Source: Cyanophora paradoxa CCMP329 (Eukaryota; Plantae; Glaucophyta). Taken from it: a stretch of DNA of 64,000 bases. The stretch spans positions 65,999-129,998 of the forward strand of contig QPMI01000625.1 in the NCBI GenBank assembly GCA_004431415.1. Reading direction: 5' to 3'. Below the pieces are notes generated by a model. That model worked only from the letters and a program-made list of their open reading frames with translations, searched no databases and was not told the DNA's origin. Positions 48,510-61,360 of this stretch are shown piece after piece. The first letter of the stretch is position 1; every line of letters begins with the position of its first letter. Made by a program: the position numbers and the translations under genes.

Positions 48510-50062
48510 AGACACCCGCTCACGCGGGGAAGGCCCCCCCCCTCCCCCCACCCCTTCCCACCCGTCCACATTCGTTCGATTAGTTTAGATCGAAGGGAAA
48601 GGACATTGCATTTGATTTAAATCAGTACACGAGCTCGAGGTAGATCTGTAAGTAGATCTGTTTCGCAATTTTCGTGGTGCTAGTTAGGGCTGCGGAGGCG
48701 AGAGGAGAAGGCCTAGGACATTGATTTTTCTTATATTGGGCGGTATTGTAATTGGGGTAGGAGATCTAGATTAATCAAGGCCTAGGCGAGAGTTTTGAGG
48801 AGAGATCATCGGATGTGCACATGCACTGAGAGGGCCGGGCTGGGGCGGGGTTCTCGTGGTCAGGCGCATGTACAGAGCCTCGGAGCCTGCGAATCGCTTA
48901 AATAGAATCTCGAATGCATAAAGTATTGATCTGCCGCAGTGCTGGCCTAGGGCTGCGGAGGCGAGGGCGGGCGGAAAGATATTGATGTGCAGCTGCATAT
49001 GCATGCAGGTCTCTGCAGGATCGAATTTTTGGCGTCGGCTGAGTTTTCGTGCTCTGTCCCGGCCGCAGAGCTTGCGCAAAACTTTGTAAAGCTGTCAAAT
49101 AAATATTTAAGCGAAGCGCATGCGTCAGGATGCGAGGGCGCGAGGACAGATGTTCAGGTCCGTGCAGGATCGAATTTTCGGGGACGGCTGGGTTCTCGCG
49201 GCCCGGCGCATCTAGAGAGCGAAGGGAATGCTTTCTCTATATCTCAAATGCATATACTATTGTTCCGCGCATGCGCCGCGGCGTGGGCGCGCGGAAAGTT
49301 CGATGGGAGAGTGCAGAATCGCATTTTTTGCTGCGCATGCAGTTTGCCTTCTCGTGCTTCGCTGGCGCTCGAAGGCGAATTTCGGGGCAACGCAGGCTTT
49401 TATAAGTCTATGCGCATCTATGCGCATTGCTCTCGTGCATTGTCGGACAGGGATCGGCTGGCCCATGCATGTGGATCAAATTTTCGAGTGACTCGGATCG
49501 ATTCCGAAATTTCGGGGTGACTGCGAGCTTGAGTTCGACCTTTCCAGCGGTATGTTAGCGATATTTACCATGCGCTGCGTCGCTCGCAGTGCTCGCTGCG
49601 GCGCCGCATTGCGTCGCGGGGCGGCTGGAAAATTTTCCAGGGTCCCACCATCGTTGCCAGTCGTGGGTGGGAGGCGGTTCAAATACCCGCCTGAGAACTA
49701 CCGATTTCGGTTGCGGTTTTAGCCTAGCGGTTAGGATTCTCGGTTCCTGACCCAAAAACCCGGGTTCGGGTCTGGGGGGAGGATTCCTTCCTGAGGGCAC
49801 GCACGCGACACGGACAGGGCACCGATTGGTCACCGATAGCGGGTAACTGGACCGAGCGTGCGCTAGTGGTCGAGCCGGGTAGAAGGTATAACATATGATA
49901 TACTAGAGGGGGAAGAAACGGCACGGACCAATCACCGAGCGGGCACCGATAGGGCACGGTGCTGGGACGGTGGGGGCGGAAGTTGAGGGGAGCAGTCGTA
50001 GTGGAATGCCGCCTGGAGTAATTCGTGCGGCGACCTGGGAAAAAATTATGGGGGGGGCCCAA
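48508..50062 (-). mobile_element. Non-autonomous Helitron2-like element
   Basis: Minus strand starts TTGGGCCCCCCCC and ends GGGGGGGGCC-TT-hairpin(cccgc-gtga-gcggg)-CTTG; ~1.3 kb homologous to 50075-51280. Confidence 0.75.
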
Positions 50063-50097
50063 TATATATATATACAAGCACCCCGCTCACGCGGGAA

Positions 50098-50128
<31 letters not shown>

Positions 50129-52787
50129 GCACCGTCCCTCCCGTCCGCCTCGTCCCCCGACTCCCCCGGGCCCCGCCTTCATGATCGCGCAAGAGCGAGA
50201 GGAGAAGGACATTGATTTTTCTTGAGAGCTAGATTGCATTGCCAGCTGCAGTGCGGGCGGTATCAGTATTGGGGTAGGAGATCTCAGAGTCTAGATTAAT
50301 AACGGCCTTGCATGCATATGCACTAGAGGGCCGGAGCGGGGTTCTCGTTGTCATGCGCATGCGCAGAGCCTGCGATTCGCTTAAACAGAATTTCAAATGC
50401 ATATAGTATCGATCTGCAGGGCTGTGGAGGCGAGGGCGCGCGGAAAGATATGCAGGTCTGTCCAGGATTGAAAGTTTGGCGTCGGCTGGATTCCCGTGCT
50501 CTTTCGCGCCGACGAGCTTGCGCAAAGCTTTGAAAAGCTTTGAAATGAATACTGTAGCGATAGGCATACGTGAGGATGCGAGGGCGCACGGAAAGATGTG
50601 CAGGTGCGTTCAGCATCGAATTTTCGGGGTCTTCTGGGCTCTCGCGGCCCGGCGCATCTGCAAAGCATGGGGAATGCTTGCTCTATATCTCAAATGCTTA
50701 TCCTATTGCTCCGCGCACGCGCTGCGGCGTGGGCGCGCGGAAAGATCGATGGGAGAGTGCACAATCGCATTTTTCTGCAGTTCGCCTTCTCGTGCTGTGG
50801 CGGGGCTCGAAGGCGAATTTCGGGACGGCACACGCTCTATTTAGTCTATGCGCATCTATACGCATTGCTCTCGCGCGTTGGCGGACAGGAATCGGCTGGT
50901 CCATGCATTTGAATCAAGTTTTCGGGTGACTGATAGTGATTCCGAAATTTCGGGGTGACTGCGACCATGAATTCGACCCTTCCAGCGCTAGAATAGCGAT
51001 CATGAGCATGCGCTGCGCCGCTTGCAGTGCTCGCTGCGGCGCCGCACTGTGTCGCGGGGCGGCTTGAAATTTTTCCAGGGTCCCACCTTCCTTCCGAGTC
51101 GTGGGTGGGAAGCGGTTCAAATACCCGGCTGAGAACTTCCGATTTCGGTTGCGGTTTTAGCCTAGCGGTTAGGATTCTCGGTTCCTGATCCGAAGACCCG
51201 GGCTCGATTTGGGGGAGGACGATTCCCTCCTAAGGGCACGCACAGGGCACGGACAGGGCACCGATTGGTCACCGATAGAATCGAAGGTGGATTTCGAGGG
51301 CTTAACCCGTGCGAAGTGGTCGAGGATATATGCATATGATTTGATTGAGGAGAAGGATAGGGCACCGACCAATCAGAATCTGACGCGGAGGGAATGTGGA
51401 GAGGATTTCGGAAATGACAAGCCTCGACGAATCGGGAGACTTGTGAGGCAGTGATGGAATTAATAATAACCCCCAAAATGGGACTTTATAAGAATCATTA
51501 TTAATAGTTAATAATTAGTTACAAGATCCGTGCTCCTGCGGAGCACTAAGTACGGCGAAGCCTCGCGGCCGCCCTCGCGGCTGTCACAGTTGGCTCGCTG
51601 GCTACCGTATATATAGCTGGGCCGCCGGGCTGGCCCGTACGCCAGAGCCTCGGACGGCGCTCGAGAGCTGGCCCGGCTCCGGACAAATATTCTAGAAATG
51701 CCAGGCAAAAACGTAGTTAAAAAAATCGGGAGGAAGCGCGGGAGATGAGCGGGGGCGACGATGAGCGCAGTCGAGATCAGGGAGTGCCTCTACATTTCCA
51801 CTGCTACATATACATATACTTACATAGATATTCGCTCGAGTATGTTCCCTGGACTTTGTACGAGGTAGGCACCCACATATATTCGCTCGAGCGCGCTTTT
51901 GTGTCTCAAACTCAGCCCCGCCCAGTTGCATGGCCGGGCTTCAAAAGTTTCGCCGGCTTGGCACTGGGGCAATGGGCTGGCCCGCTATAGCCAGCTCGAG
52001 GGGGAGCTCGCTGGCCAGGGAGCAATGTAATGAGGAGAGCGAATATATAATGAACTGGGTTTGGTTGGTTCGATTGCGATTGCGATTTGGTTGGTTGGTT
52101 TGGTATAATGAATATATTTTATATTGCGCAATTGGGTTTGGTTCGACGCAAAGGGTTGCGAATATTCATGCTTGCTATATCTGCGCTAACTGAGGGCTAG
52201 CAAACTTGAATCTGCAAGGGCACGCTCGAAAGCTATTTACAAAGTTCGAGAGTATGAGCGGGCAGGCAGGTTGTATACACGACCAGGTCCCCTTCATGGC
52301 GCAACTCGTTCAGGGATCGGCGGGGAGAAACGGGGAGATCGGCGGGGGGCGGGGGCAGGGCGGGCGGGCGAGCTGACGAGGCTAGGGACGGTGGGAGACC
52401 TGAAGGGCGCCAGTCAGCGCGGAGCGCGGGCGGCGGGGGCGGCCCGGAAGGCTCACGGGGAAAACGACACGATGGAGGCGCCGGACGCCGGCCGCTTCGA
52501 CTGACCAGCGCGGTGGCCTGCACAGAGATGGAGAGATCAGCGGGGGGCGGGAGGGGAGGGACGGCAAGCAAGCTGACGATGCTATTAACGATGGGTGGCC
52601 TGGAGGACGCCAGGCAGCGGGGGGTGGGTTGGACGAATATCTATCTAGGAACGCGGTGGTCATCGGCGGGCAGTCCGGCTGCATGTACATCCAGGTCCCG
52701 GTGATGGAGGGCGTTATTTTAGATCTGCACGAAAACACGTTAATTGCACTCATTATTGTAATAAACCATGTGCGTGAAGTAACGCAC

Positions 52788-55700
52788 TCAACGCTTGTGT
52801 GCCGCCGCGGAAACCCGCTTCGGCATCGTGTCGACGAATCGCGTGTTCTTGAAATCGGCCTCCGCCTTCTCGAACTCGCGCTGGAACTGTTCGACTTGGC
52901 CCCAGTCGCCGGGCTCGCATTCCGTGGGGACGGCGTTGACGAGTCGCTGACCGTGCGGCGCGGTGCTGTCCTCGATCCAGCGCAGGTACTGGAGCTTGTG
53001 GCCCCACATTGTTGCGTGCATTGCCGGATCGTCTTGCCGGAGCCTCGCAAATTCTGCGCTCTCGGCCTTCTGGTCCTTGATGGCGGCTTGCAGGTCGGGG
53101 TTGACGTTTTGAATCACGTGCAGCAGCTCGTACCGTTGCAGGAGCGAGGCGTTCGCGATGAAGAAGTGCGCTCCCTCGCGCGGGCGGCTGAGCATGACGT
53201 ACAGCTGCTGTCGGTGTGTGTAGTCCCTGCTGTTCATGCCCCGCACGTCGGCGATGGCGCGCTTCAGGGTGTGCCCTTGAGCCTTGTAGACCGTCGTGCC
53301 GTAGGCGACGCGGAACGGCGGTCCTATCCTGACGTTGTGCGTGCCTCCTGCCCCGCCAGCGATTTCGTCCTCGTGGTCTGCGCAACGTGACTGTAGTCAA
53401 TCTCGAGAGGGAAGCGCGTGTGCATTCACGATCGTGCTGACGAATGCAGCGGCTCACCAGCATTTCTGGGCTCGACGTTGATTTCGACGGCGTCGACGAT
53501 TCGACCGTCGGGGAGCTGGCAGCGTTCCGTGATTGCACGCCGGCCGACGCGGTCATCGTGGAAGTAGATGTAGTACGTCATGGGGGGCATGAGGTGCGGA
53601 TGCGGGAGCTGCTCCACCTTCGCCTCTATGCTCTGTTTCTTCTGCCTCGTCGCTGCCGCTGCGGCCCGTACAATGTTGTCCTTGCTGACCTTTGGCTTGC
53701 TCTTCTTCCGGTCCGAAGGTCCTGGCTCGGGCTCGGGTTCAGGTTCGGGTTCCGGCTCGGGCTTGGGGCACGGTCCGCAGTGTCGAGCTCGTGCTGGACG
53801 AGATCCGGTGCAGCGTGTTCGAGCACGAGCGGCGTGTCCGGTGTGAACTCCGTCGCGTGCTGACTGATGTAGTCGGGCGTCTCCGTGTGGTCTCGCCATT
53901 TGTAACCGGCAAGCAGTCCGATGGCGCCGTTGACGAGGCCGTCGTCCGTGTCGCGGTTCTGTCTAAGCATGACCTTGATGCCCCCGTCACCATGACCTTG
54001 TGGGGATGCTTCCTTGCTCGTTCGTGCATGGGATCCTCTCGCCGTACGCGTCCACGCTCTCGCACTTCTTGATGTGCTCGCGCGGATGCGTGTCCTTGGC
54101 GACGATCTTGAGGACAGGGTCGCGGTACTGGGCGTGGTGCCGTCGGATCATCGCGTCGTTGTGCTGCTCTGCGAGCTTGTTCGTGAGGAACATGTGGTAC
54201 GCTTCGTCCCACGTGGGGTCTTGGTTCTTGGTCAGCGTGTTGTGGATGGCATTCTCGTTGTCGTCGCCGAGATCGTTGTTGAGGTCCAGGCACCGGCGGA
54301 GAAGGTAGTGGTAGACGTCGTCGACGTGGTCCGGATCCCCGTCTCGAAACCAGTTGAGGATTTGGCCAAGTTCTGGATCCGCCAGGTGCCGCATCGACGA
54401 GGGCAGGACGTGAGCCGTGAAGTAGCTGAGGAAGGTGTGCAGGTTTGGGGTGTGCCACTTGACGTCATTCTGCATCGTAATGTCCTTCCGTGCCGGCAAC
54501 AATGTCTCCCACAACGACTGCGACATGACCGGCGGCACCTGGGCCGCGTCCCCGTACGTGATGATTGCCAAGCCTCCGAATGGGTAGCGTTGCATCACCG
54601 GCGTCCTTCCGTCGGGTCCGACCTGGTACTGCGGAAGAGGTGGCGGTGCCAACCCAGTCTCCGGGTCGCCGACGGCTTCTCGTCCGCACATGGCGTCCTC
54701 CAGGGCCGTCTTGAACGAGTAGAAGATGTTCGTCCAGCAGGACATGATCTCGTCGATCTGCAGGACGTACGTCTTCTGCAGCTCGAGTCGCAGCTTGTCG
54801 ATTGTGAAGCTGCTGTGCTTGATCTGGTCGCGCTTGCCGGAGAGGTGCGTCTGGAGGTGGAAGCGGGTGTGCATGGTGCCCCACCTGCGTTGAAGCCTGC
54901 GGAACCGAACGGTGCTGCAACGGTGCAGCGGCCGTGAGGGAGGGCCTCCTGTCCCGCATCACCAACATTGTACTGGTTCGCAGCGTGTTCGATGCAGCGG
55001 AGTAGGACGGTCTTTCCGCACCCCGCTCCTCCTGTGACGAAGAAGCGCGGCCCCGCAGGCATGTACCAGCACTTGAGAATCTCCGGCACGTCTTGGCCGC
55101 CCTCCGCATCGCGCCTGTATCGCATAGCTCTTGCCTTCAGCGCTTCCGCTTTGCGTCTGAGCTGGAAGTATTTCACCATCTTGTCGTAGATTTCGCGTTG
55201 CTCGGGCTTCAGGTCGTCGGGCGACACGAGTGGAGCTCGGGATGACGGTGGGGCTGCCTGAACGGACGGTCCGCGGGTCCCCGCTTCAGCGGAGGGTGGA
55301 ATGACACCATGCGCTCGTAGGACCGCCTGTTCGGTTTCAACGGATGCAGGCTGAAACGATGGCGCGGGGAGTCCCGCTCCCAAGCTGCTCGCTGCGTTTC
55401 TGATGGTGCCGGGCTCCGCGTGTTCCGTCACGATTGCGCCCGTCGCCGTCATGTTTGGAATGTCGGTGATCCGGCTGATGATCTCTTCCATGCGCACGCG
55501 GATGTTGTCGCTTGCAGCCGAGGCGTGGCGCGTGATTGTTGCCTTCCGTGCTTTTGTCATCGCCGCCGCAAGGATGGCGTCGGTGACTTCCGCACGAGCC
55601 GGCATGTCGAGCAGGTCCGTCCACTCGTTGCGGAACGGGTGGTAGAAGAGGAGCGGCGCGTACTTGGCAACTTGGCCGGAGTGGACGTTGAACGGCATCA

Positions 55701-58700
55701 CAACTGGCATGGGTTGCCGTCGCATCCGTAGCTGTTTCTTGCCGCTCGCGGTGTTGAAGCACGGCGTGCACCTCTCTCCGTCCGGGATCACGAGCGGCGG
55801 CGTCTTCTGTAGCTGTCGCCACTCTTCGTCCGACAGAGCGTCTTCACGCAGCCATCGCTGCCAGAGCGGGTCCAATACCCACGTCTTGGCCTGCCGTGCC
55901 TTCTCCTCGCGGTGCTCGCGTTCGATCTGGCGCTGAGGGTACTCCGGGGCGTCTGAGTCAGGATGGTCGTCGTCGTCATCCTCGTCATCCTCCGGCTCGT
56001 CGCCACTGTGTTGCGAGTCGGTGTGATGCGATTCGGTTCGTCCTGTCTCCAACGTGGCTGGTGCCAAGGGAGACATGTCGATCTTGTCGCCTGGAATCCC
56101 GTCTTTCTTGGCGACGACAGCAAACCATTGCAGAAACTTGTACAGCGGCATCACGTTCCAGAAGTGGTCGTCAGGCCTCTCCATGTACCAGTCGATGTCG
56201 TTGTTGACGAATATTTTCGTCTCGCCAGGATTGCGGTTGCGGATCGGTCGCATGAAGCCGCGCTGGTACGAACGTCTTGTCCGCTTGTCCGGAGGGATGC
56301 ACGGTACGGTGCGGGCGTGAAACGACGAGTGCCAGATGGGGTAGTTGAGCATATGGAAAGCTGCCTCCGGCCTGCGAGTTCGCGGTGGGAGAGCGACTTC
56401 CGAATCGCTTTCGCCATCGCGCTCCGTAGGGTGCCTCCCTTCTCGGCCGCCTTTGCGAGCGCAGCGTATATGCTCTCCAATGCCTGCGGTTCGACCTGCG
56501 GGCGCACAATGAGTTTCAGTACGTTCTACGTCTGTCCAGGGACGCGTGAGCACGGCCGTACCTTCAGTGCGTACTTGAACATGTACGCTCCCATCGCTTC
56601 GAAGTCCGCGACGAGATCGAAGAAGAGGTTGGAGTGCGCAATGCGGGACAGCCACTCGTTGAACAGCGCCACAAACAAGTCTTCTACTGTGCGTCGCATC
56701 GGCACCAGTAGCCTGTCGCCCCGTTGCGCGTTCTTGAGTTCTGGCGTCGACCTGTGCGTTTGTATTCGTCAGGAATCGTTCCGGGGCACGTCATCGCAGA
56801 ACTTGAGCACGCACATGAGTCTCGCGTATCGGACGCGCGCCCTGGCAGTCCGAAGCGGCACCACTTCCTCGCCCTCCACCAGGCGTTGTTCAGCTTCTTG
56901 ACGAGGTCGGCAAGTTCCTGGGCGTCCTTGTCGGAAGCACCGTGGATGGGCTGGCATCCTTCGAGCAACGGGTTCGTGTACTCCTGAGTCGGCTTGAACT
57001 GCGCTGCAGCGGCGAAGAGCTCTTCGTGACGCTTGCGCGTGGAAGATGAATAGTGCTGTGCCTGCTTGGCCTTCGTCATGCGGCACGTGCCGCTGTGTCG
57101 GTGAATGTTGAACGTGAGGATGACCTTCCGGAGAAACGCGGTCGCCCAATCATGACGAAGGGCATCGGGCACGTGAAGGTTGTCCTCGACGGCTGGGTCG
57201 TCGGGCTTCGGAGGTCGAGGGATCTCCGCCTTGACGATGCTGTCAAAGAATTCGAGGTACTCTTTCATGTGCTGCTTCTCGCACGTGTCGTACATAGGCA
57301 TGCCTTCGCACCAGCCGATGAGGTGCCCATGCAACGTCCGCCGCTGCTGCTCGCCGTGACGGATGAAATGACCTGTCATCTTGTAACCGCCGAACATCGC
57401 CCTCGCGCCTTCGGAGTACATCAGCTTGATCAACGCGTTCCAGCGCCGCTGATAGTGACGGACAACGATTCCGGACTCCGAGTTCAGGATCGTGTCCTTC
57501 TCGTTTGCGCTTAGCGCATCGATTGCGGCCTGGTTGTGGAACCTCTCGCGGTCGATGGCTCTGTACAGACTCGCGTCACCGTGATCGTTGAAGCTCATAG
57601 TGTACCATATCTGCGGCGGGCCGTACGTCTGTGCGGCAGCAATGAGCTGGCCGTGACCGGTCTCGAGATGCTGGTGCGATCCCGGCACCTGGAGATGGGC
57701 GCGTTACGCAATAATGTGCAAATTGTTGTCAAGGGTGTGCTGCGGACTCACCGCATTCAGCGTCGCGCGGACGAGGTGGCGCTTAACAAGTCTACGGTAA
57801 CGCTGGGTCATCGACGGCGGTGGTGAGGTGGTCCATGACGTGCGCGGCCGTCACCGGGTGACCGGCCGCCTCCAACTTGTCGAGCTCGAGACTCTGAATT
57901 GCACAGTTGCTCTTCTGGTAAGCCTTGAGGTTGAGATAATCCGTCGCCTGGACGAAGAAGAATCCGATGTCGGCGACAAGGGCGCGTGCCTTGTCGGACA
58001 GCAGGAACCACTTGTTGTACTTGCTGATCGACAGCGTACTTTGCGTTGATCGAGAGGGTCTGCAGGGTCGCCTATCCGTCCGTGCGGCCTGTGTTCAGAA
58101 AGGGTCAATGTCGGTCTGCACGAAATCACAAATCGACGGCGGTGCCGGTGCACTGTGCTCACCGTCTGGAAACGCAAATGGAAATGGGGCTGTGCAGTAC
58201 TCTGCACCCTTGCTGAAATTTAAGTGGACGCGATCGAGGATTGGCAACGTGCGAGTACGTTCGGCAACATCTTCGCCGAACGCCGTGGCAACGTCGATGA
58301 GCCTGTGGTGATACTCGGACTGCACGACTGCGGGCGTCGCCGGCTGTTGAGGCATGTCGAATCCGGTGGGGTCGCTGTACACTGCGGCCTCTGTATCGAC
58401 GTCGTGCGCCGTAGCACGTGCAAGCTGCACGAACTCGTCCACGTCCTTGTTGTTGATCTGCGCGAGCTTGTCGAGGTCGACGAGATCGGAGGGGCGCGTC
58501 TGGGCGCGTCCTCGGCTTCGTCCTCGGATCCGGTGTCGCGTGTCGACCTTGCTGTTGACGCGTCACGTGTCGGCCCGACCTCCGGCTCTGCTGTTGGCAG
58601 AGGAGGGCGTGCTGACATTGCGAGCTTCAAGGACGACTCCATGAATTGCTTCAACACGGGATCTCCTACGTCGGTCAACAGGCGACGGGCTCCGGAACTG

Positions 58701-60100
58701 GCGATTTCGTATCCAACGTCGTCGTGCACTTCGGGTTCTTCCGAAACTTCCGCCTCCTCGTCGCTGATTGCTGGCTCGGTTCCCGTCGCCGCGTGCGGTA
58801 CCGCTGTCAGGTCCACCGACTCGCCGGTTCCGGGTACGTGGGGCTGGCGTCCGCGCTTGCGGGCGACTCGCGCGGTGCGGGGTGCGGTCGCGCAGCTCTT
58901 CCTCCGCAAGTTCTTGCTTCCACGTCGTCTCTTTGGCAGTGACCTCGTCCCAGTAGGCGTCGTCGAGCTTGTCGAATCCGCATTTCTGGTACCACTTGTT
59001 GCCGGCCGCGACGAGCAGCTTCATGACGCTTCTCACCTTGGAAGTGCTGAACTCCAGTAGTTCGTGAACCTGCGGTCGTGCCCGGGCGCCGTCGGTTTCT
59101 CCATGTTCACGTACATCATCGCGTCTCGCGGCGCGAGGGGCTTCATCGATTCGACGAGCTCGGCGGGCTGCGAGTAAACCATGGTGACCTTCGGTGCGCG
59201 GCCTGCTGCCGACCGATGCGCGTGGTTGCGATGTTCACGAACGACACGGCCGGACTGCATACGACAGCCTCTGGAAACGTGAGGCCTGCTGCCTCCCTGG
59301 CGAGGTCTTCCGACGGCGGTGTCGGTGGATGCCGTTCTGTGCGGGGATGGTCAATGACCATACTGGAGACCGGTAGAGACACACTCGGACCTCTTTTGAA
59401 AGCCCGCAGATATCGACACCTTGCTCTGCGCGGTGTCTGTGGCACATTGCGCAGAGCAACGGTTTCCGCGGTTTTGACGTTCCGGTTTCCAGCTTGTGCA
59501 TGTAATCCTCCGTCTCCTGAATGCGCCGTATCGCGGCGTCGTCGATCCCGTGGGGCTTCAATATGTTGAGGTGCGTCTCGGGTGGAGATCGTCGATGTAG
59601 TCCCGGACGCCGCAGCAATCACACGGCACCATCGGCTGGTACAGAGCTGCGGACAGCATTACTGGCGAAATGCACATAACCGAACTGAAATTCACATACT
59701 GTACAGCATGTCGATGATAGCGTCCTTGAGCGCCTCAAGAAACTGCGGAAATTTACTCCGCTTTTTTGCGATTGCGTCAATTACGTCGTGCAGTAGCTCA
59801 TTCGGGTGCTCGTAGTCGCTGATCCACGTGTTTACGCATTTCAGTTTGAACGCGAGAGAGCGTTCATTTTGGCCGAACGGATAGCTGCACGTCTGTCGCG
59901 ACCCGCATCACTGTGTAATGGTTTGGTATTCTTCTCGTCCTGGTATCGCCGCGCACGACGATCATGTTCTTGTGACCGTTGGCCGTGTGTATGCTTTGCA
60001 CGTGCCTCTGCATCTGCGTCTGCATGTCCTGTCTGTTCAAGTGGACGCCGAGATGCAGACGGTCTTGCAGGTAAATGTTCGCGTCGTACAGCGGTGTGCT
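52788..60100 (-). CDS. RepHel: CxxC pairs, DUF6570-like region, HUH Rep (Y2) and PIF1-family helicase; several frameshifts
   Basis: KVRSVMKLLVAAGNKWY, FPFAFPDG, YGPPQIWYTMSFND, EQQRRTLHGHLIGW, HRHSGTC, CRFGLP, YMFKYALK, RELAGPEAAFHML, YMERP, LLFYHPFRNE; FVTGGAGCGKT, AAPFGSAG, IDEI, PFGG...GDAAQVPPV, MLRQNRDTDDGLVNGAIG, AYGTTVYKAQGHTL, QLYVMLSR. No APE domain after the helicase. Confidence 0.93.
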
Positions 60101-60904
60101 CGTAACAATTACACGGATCAGTATCTGCTATAGGTCGCAGGTCCGTTCTCCATGGAGAAATGTAGGTCGAGGAGGAATAAAAACCGGTATGGTGCCGAGC
60201 CATTCGTGATCGGCAGGAAGAGGACGTGCCGGACGTCCAGCAGGGACACCTTGAATTGTGCCTGGAGCGAAGCGGGTACTATCTGTGAAATTCTCGTCGA
60301 GAGGAAGCGCTTCACGTCCAGATGCATGTACTATGCACATGGACAAGGTATGAAGTGTAGCACGCACAGTTCGACTGCCAATTGTGAATTGTGAACCGAC
60401 ATGTGGCCAGTTACGTTGGATAATAAGTGATGCACCGGGGCTGTGACAGCGGGCTGGCCAGGTGGATATTCTTTACGAGGTGCTAGGAGTTCGGACGGTA
60501 ATTGCCACGGAATAGACGATTGCAATGCTGAAGTTGTTGTCACCGTCGGTTTACACATGTGCACATGTACGTCGACGACTGTGAACGTCGTTATTGACGT
60601 TCGTTGAAGGTGCCAGACTGCCGCAAAAGGCGCCCCATGGACGGCTGCAAGCGCCATTACAGTTGCACCTCCTGCTAGTCCGGTTACCGTTGCACAGTGC
60701 GAGTAACGCAAATGAGACGGTATGTTGAGGAGTTCGAGAGTCTGCGTTATCGTGCCGGCTGATATTACAGATGGAAGCACGTGACGGAGTTTCTGCAGCG
60801 AAATCGCTGTTGACGCGCCTGATTTTCTGTGAGTGATGCGTATGCAATGACAATTATAGGCAGGCAAGACGAAACTGACCTTCATGTGATGGTGACGCTT
60901 TAAG

Positions 60905-61360
60905 TATACGATGAAAGCAGAGCACGTCGGACGCAATGTAATAACCGTTTTTCAGCGGTGCTAGCACGAGAGACTGCGTGAATAATCGTGCCGTTGCAGC
61001 TGATTGTCCCATCCAGCCGGTAACGGTTACATTGATGCTGTGCGCGCGTCCCTCATGTGCTGTCACCGCTGCGACACGCGCCCACGCACGATCCAAGCGC
61101 AATCGAGCGATACGTTTCTCAATTGCCTGCAAGACATGATGTTTGACTTCCGAAACGAATGAGTTCTATCTGAAAAGGATGACCTGAATTCCGATAGCGT
61201 ATGCGCTCCGATGGGATCGTTCATCATTGATCCACATGTGGACACTGGCGTCGCGTAACACCTATATAATTGATGCGGTTGAGAGAGCAGAAGTTGATAG
61301 TACTGCTTCACAAATGCTGATGCTGTGCTATCAATTGATTTATGCGTCGCGAGTGCAGAT
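60905..61360 (-). pseudogene. G3BP/Bre5-like NTF2 domain, one intron (~61128-61184) and one frameshift (~61255)
   Basis: ASAFVKQYYQLLLSQPHQLYRCY / RDAS...AIGIQ|AIEKRIARL...ARVAAVTAH...SINVTVTGWM...RLFTQSLVLAPLKNGYYIASDVL. Confidence 0.85.

Noticed and set aside
52788-55200. Host PIF1 helicase gene or Helentron with APE
   Set aside because: The helicase is downstream of an HUH Rep in the same gene, and no endonuclease follows it.
60118-60367. Ulp1/SUMO protease fragment (RHVLFLPITNG)
   Set aside because: Only a weak resemblance; the catalytic HW and Q...C motifs are not seen.
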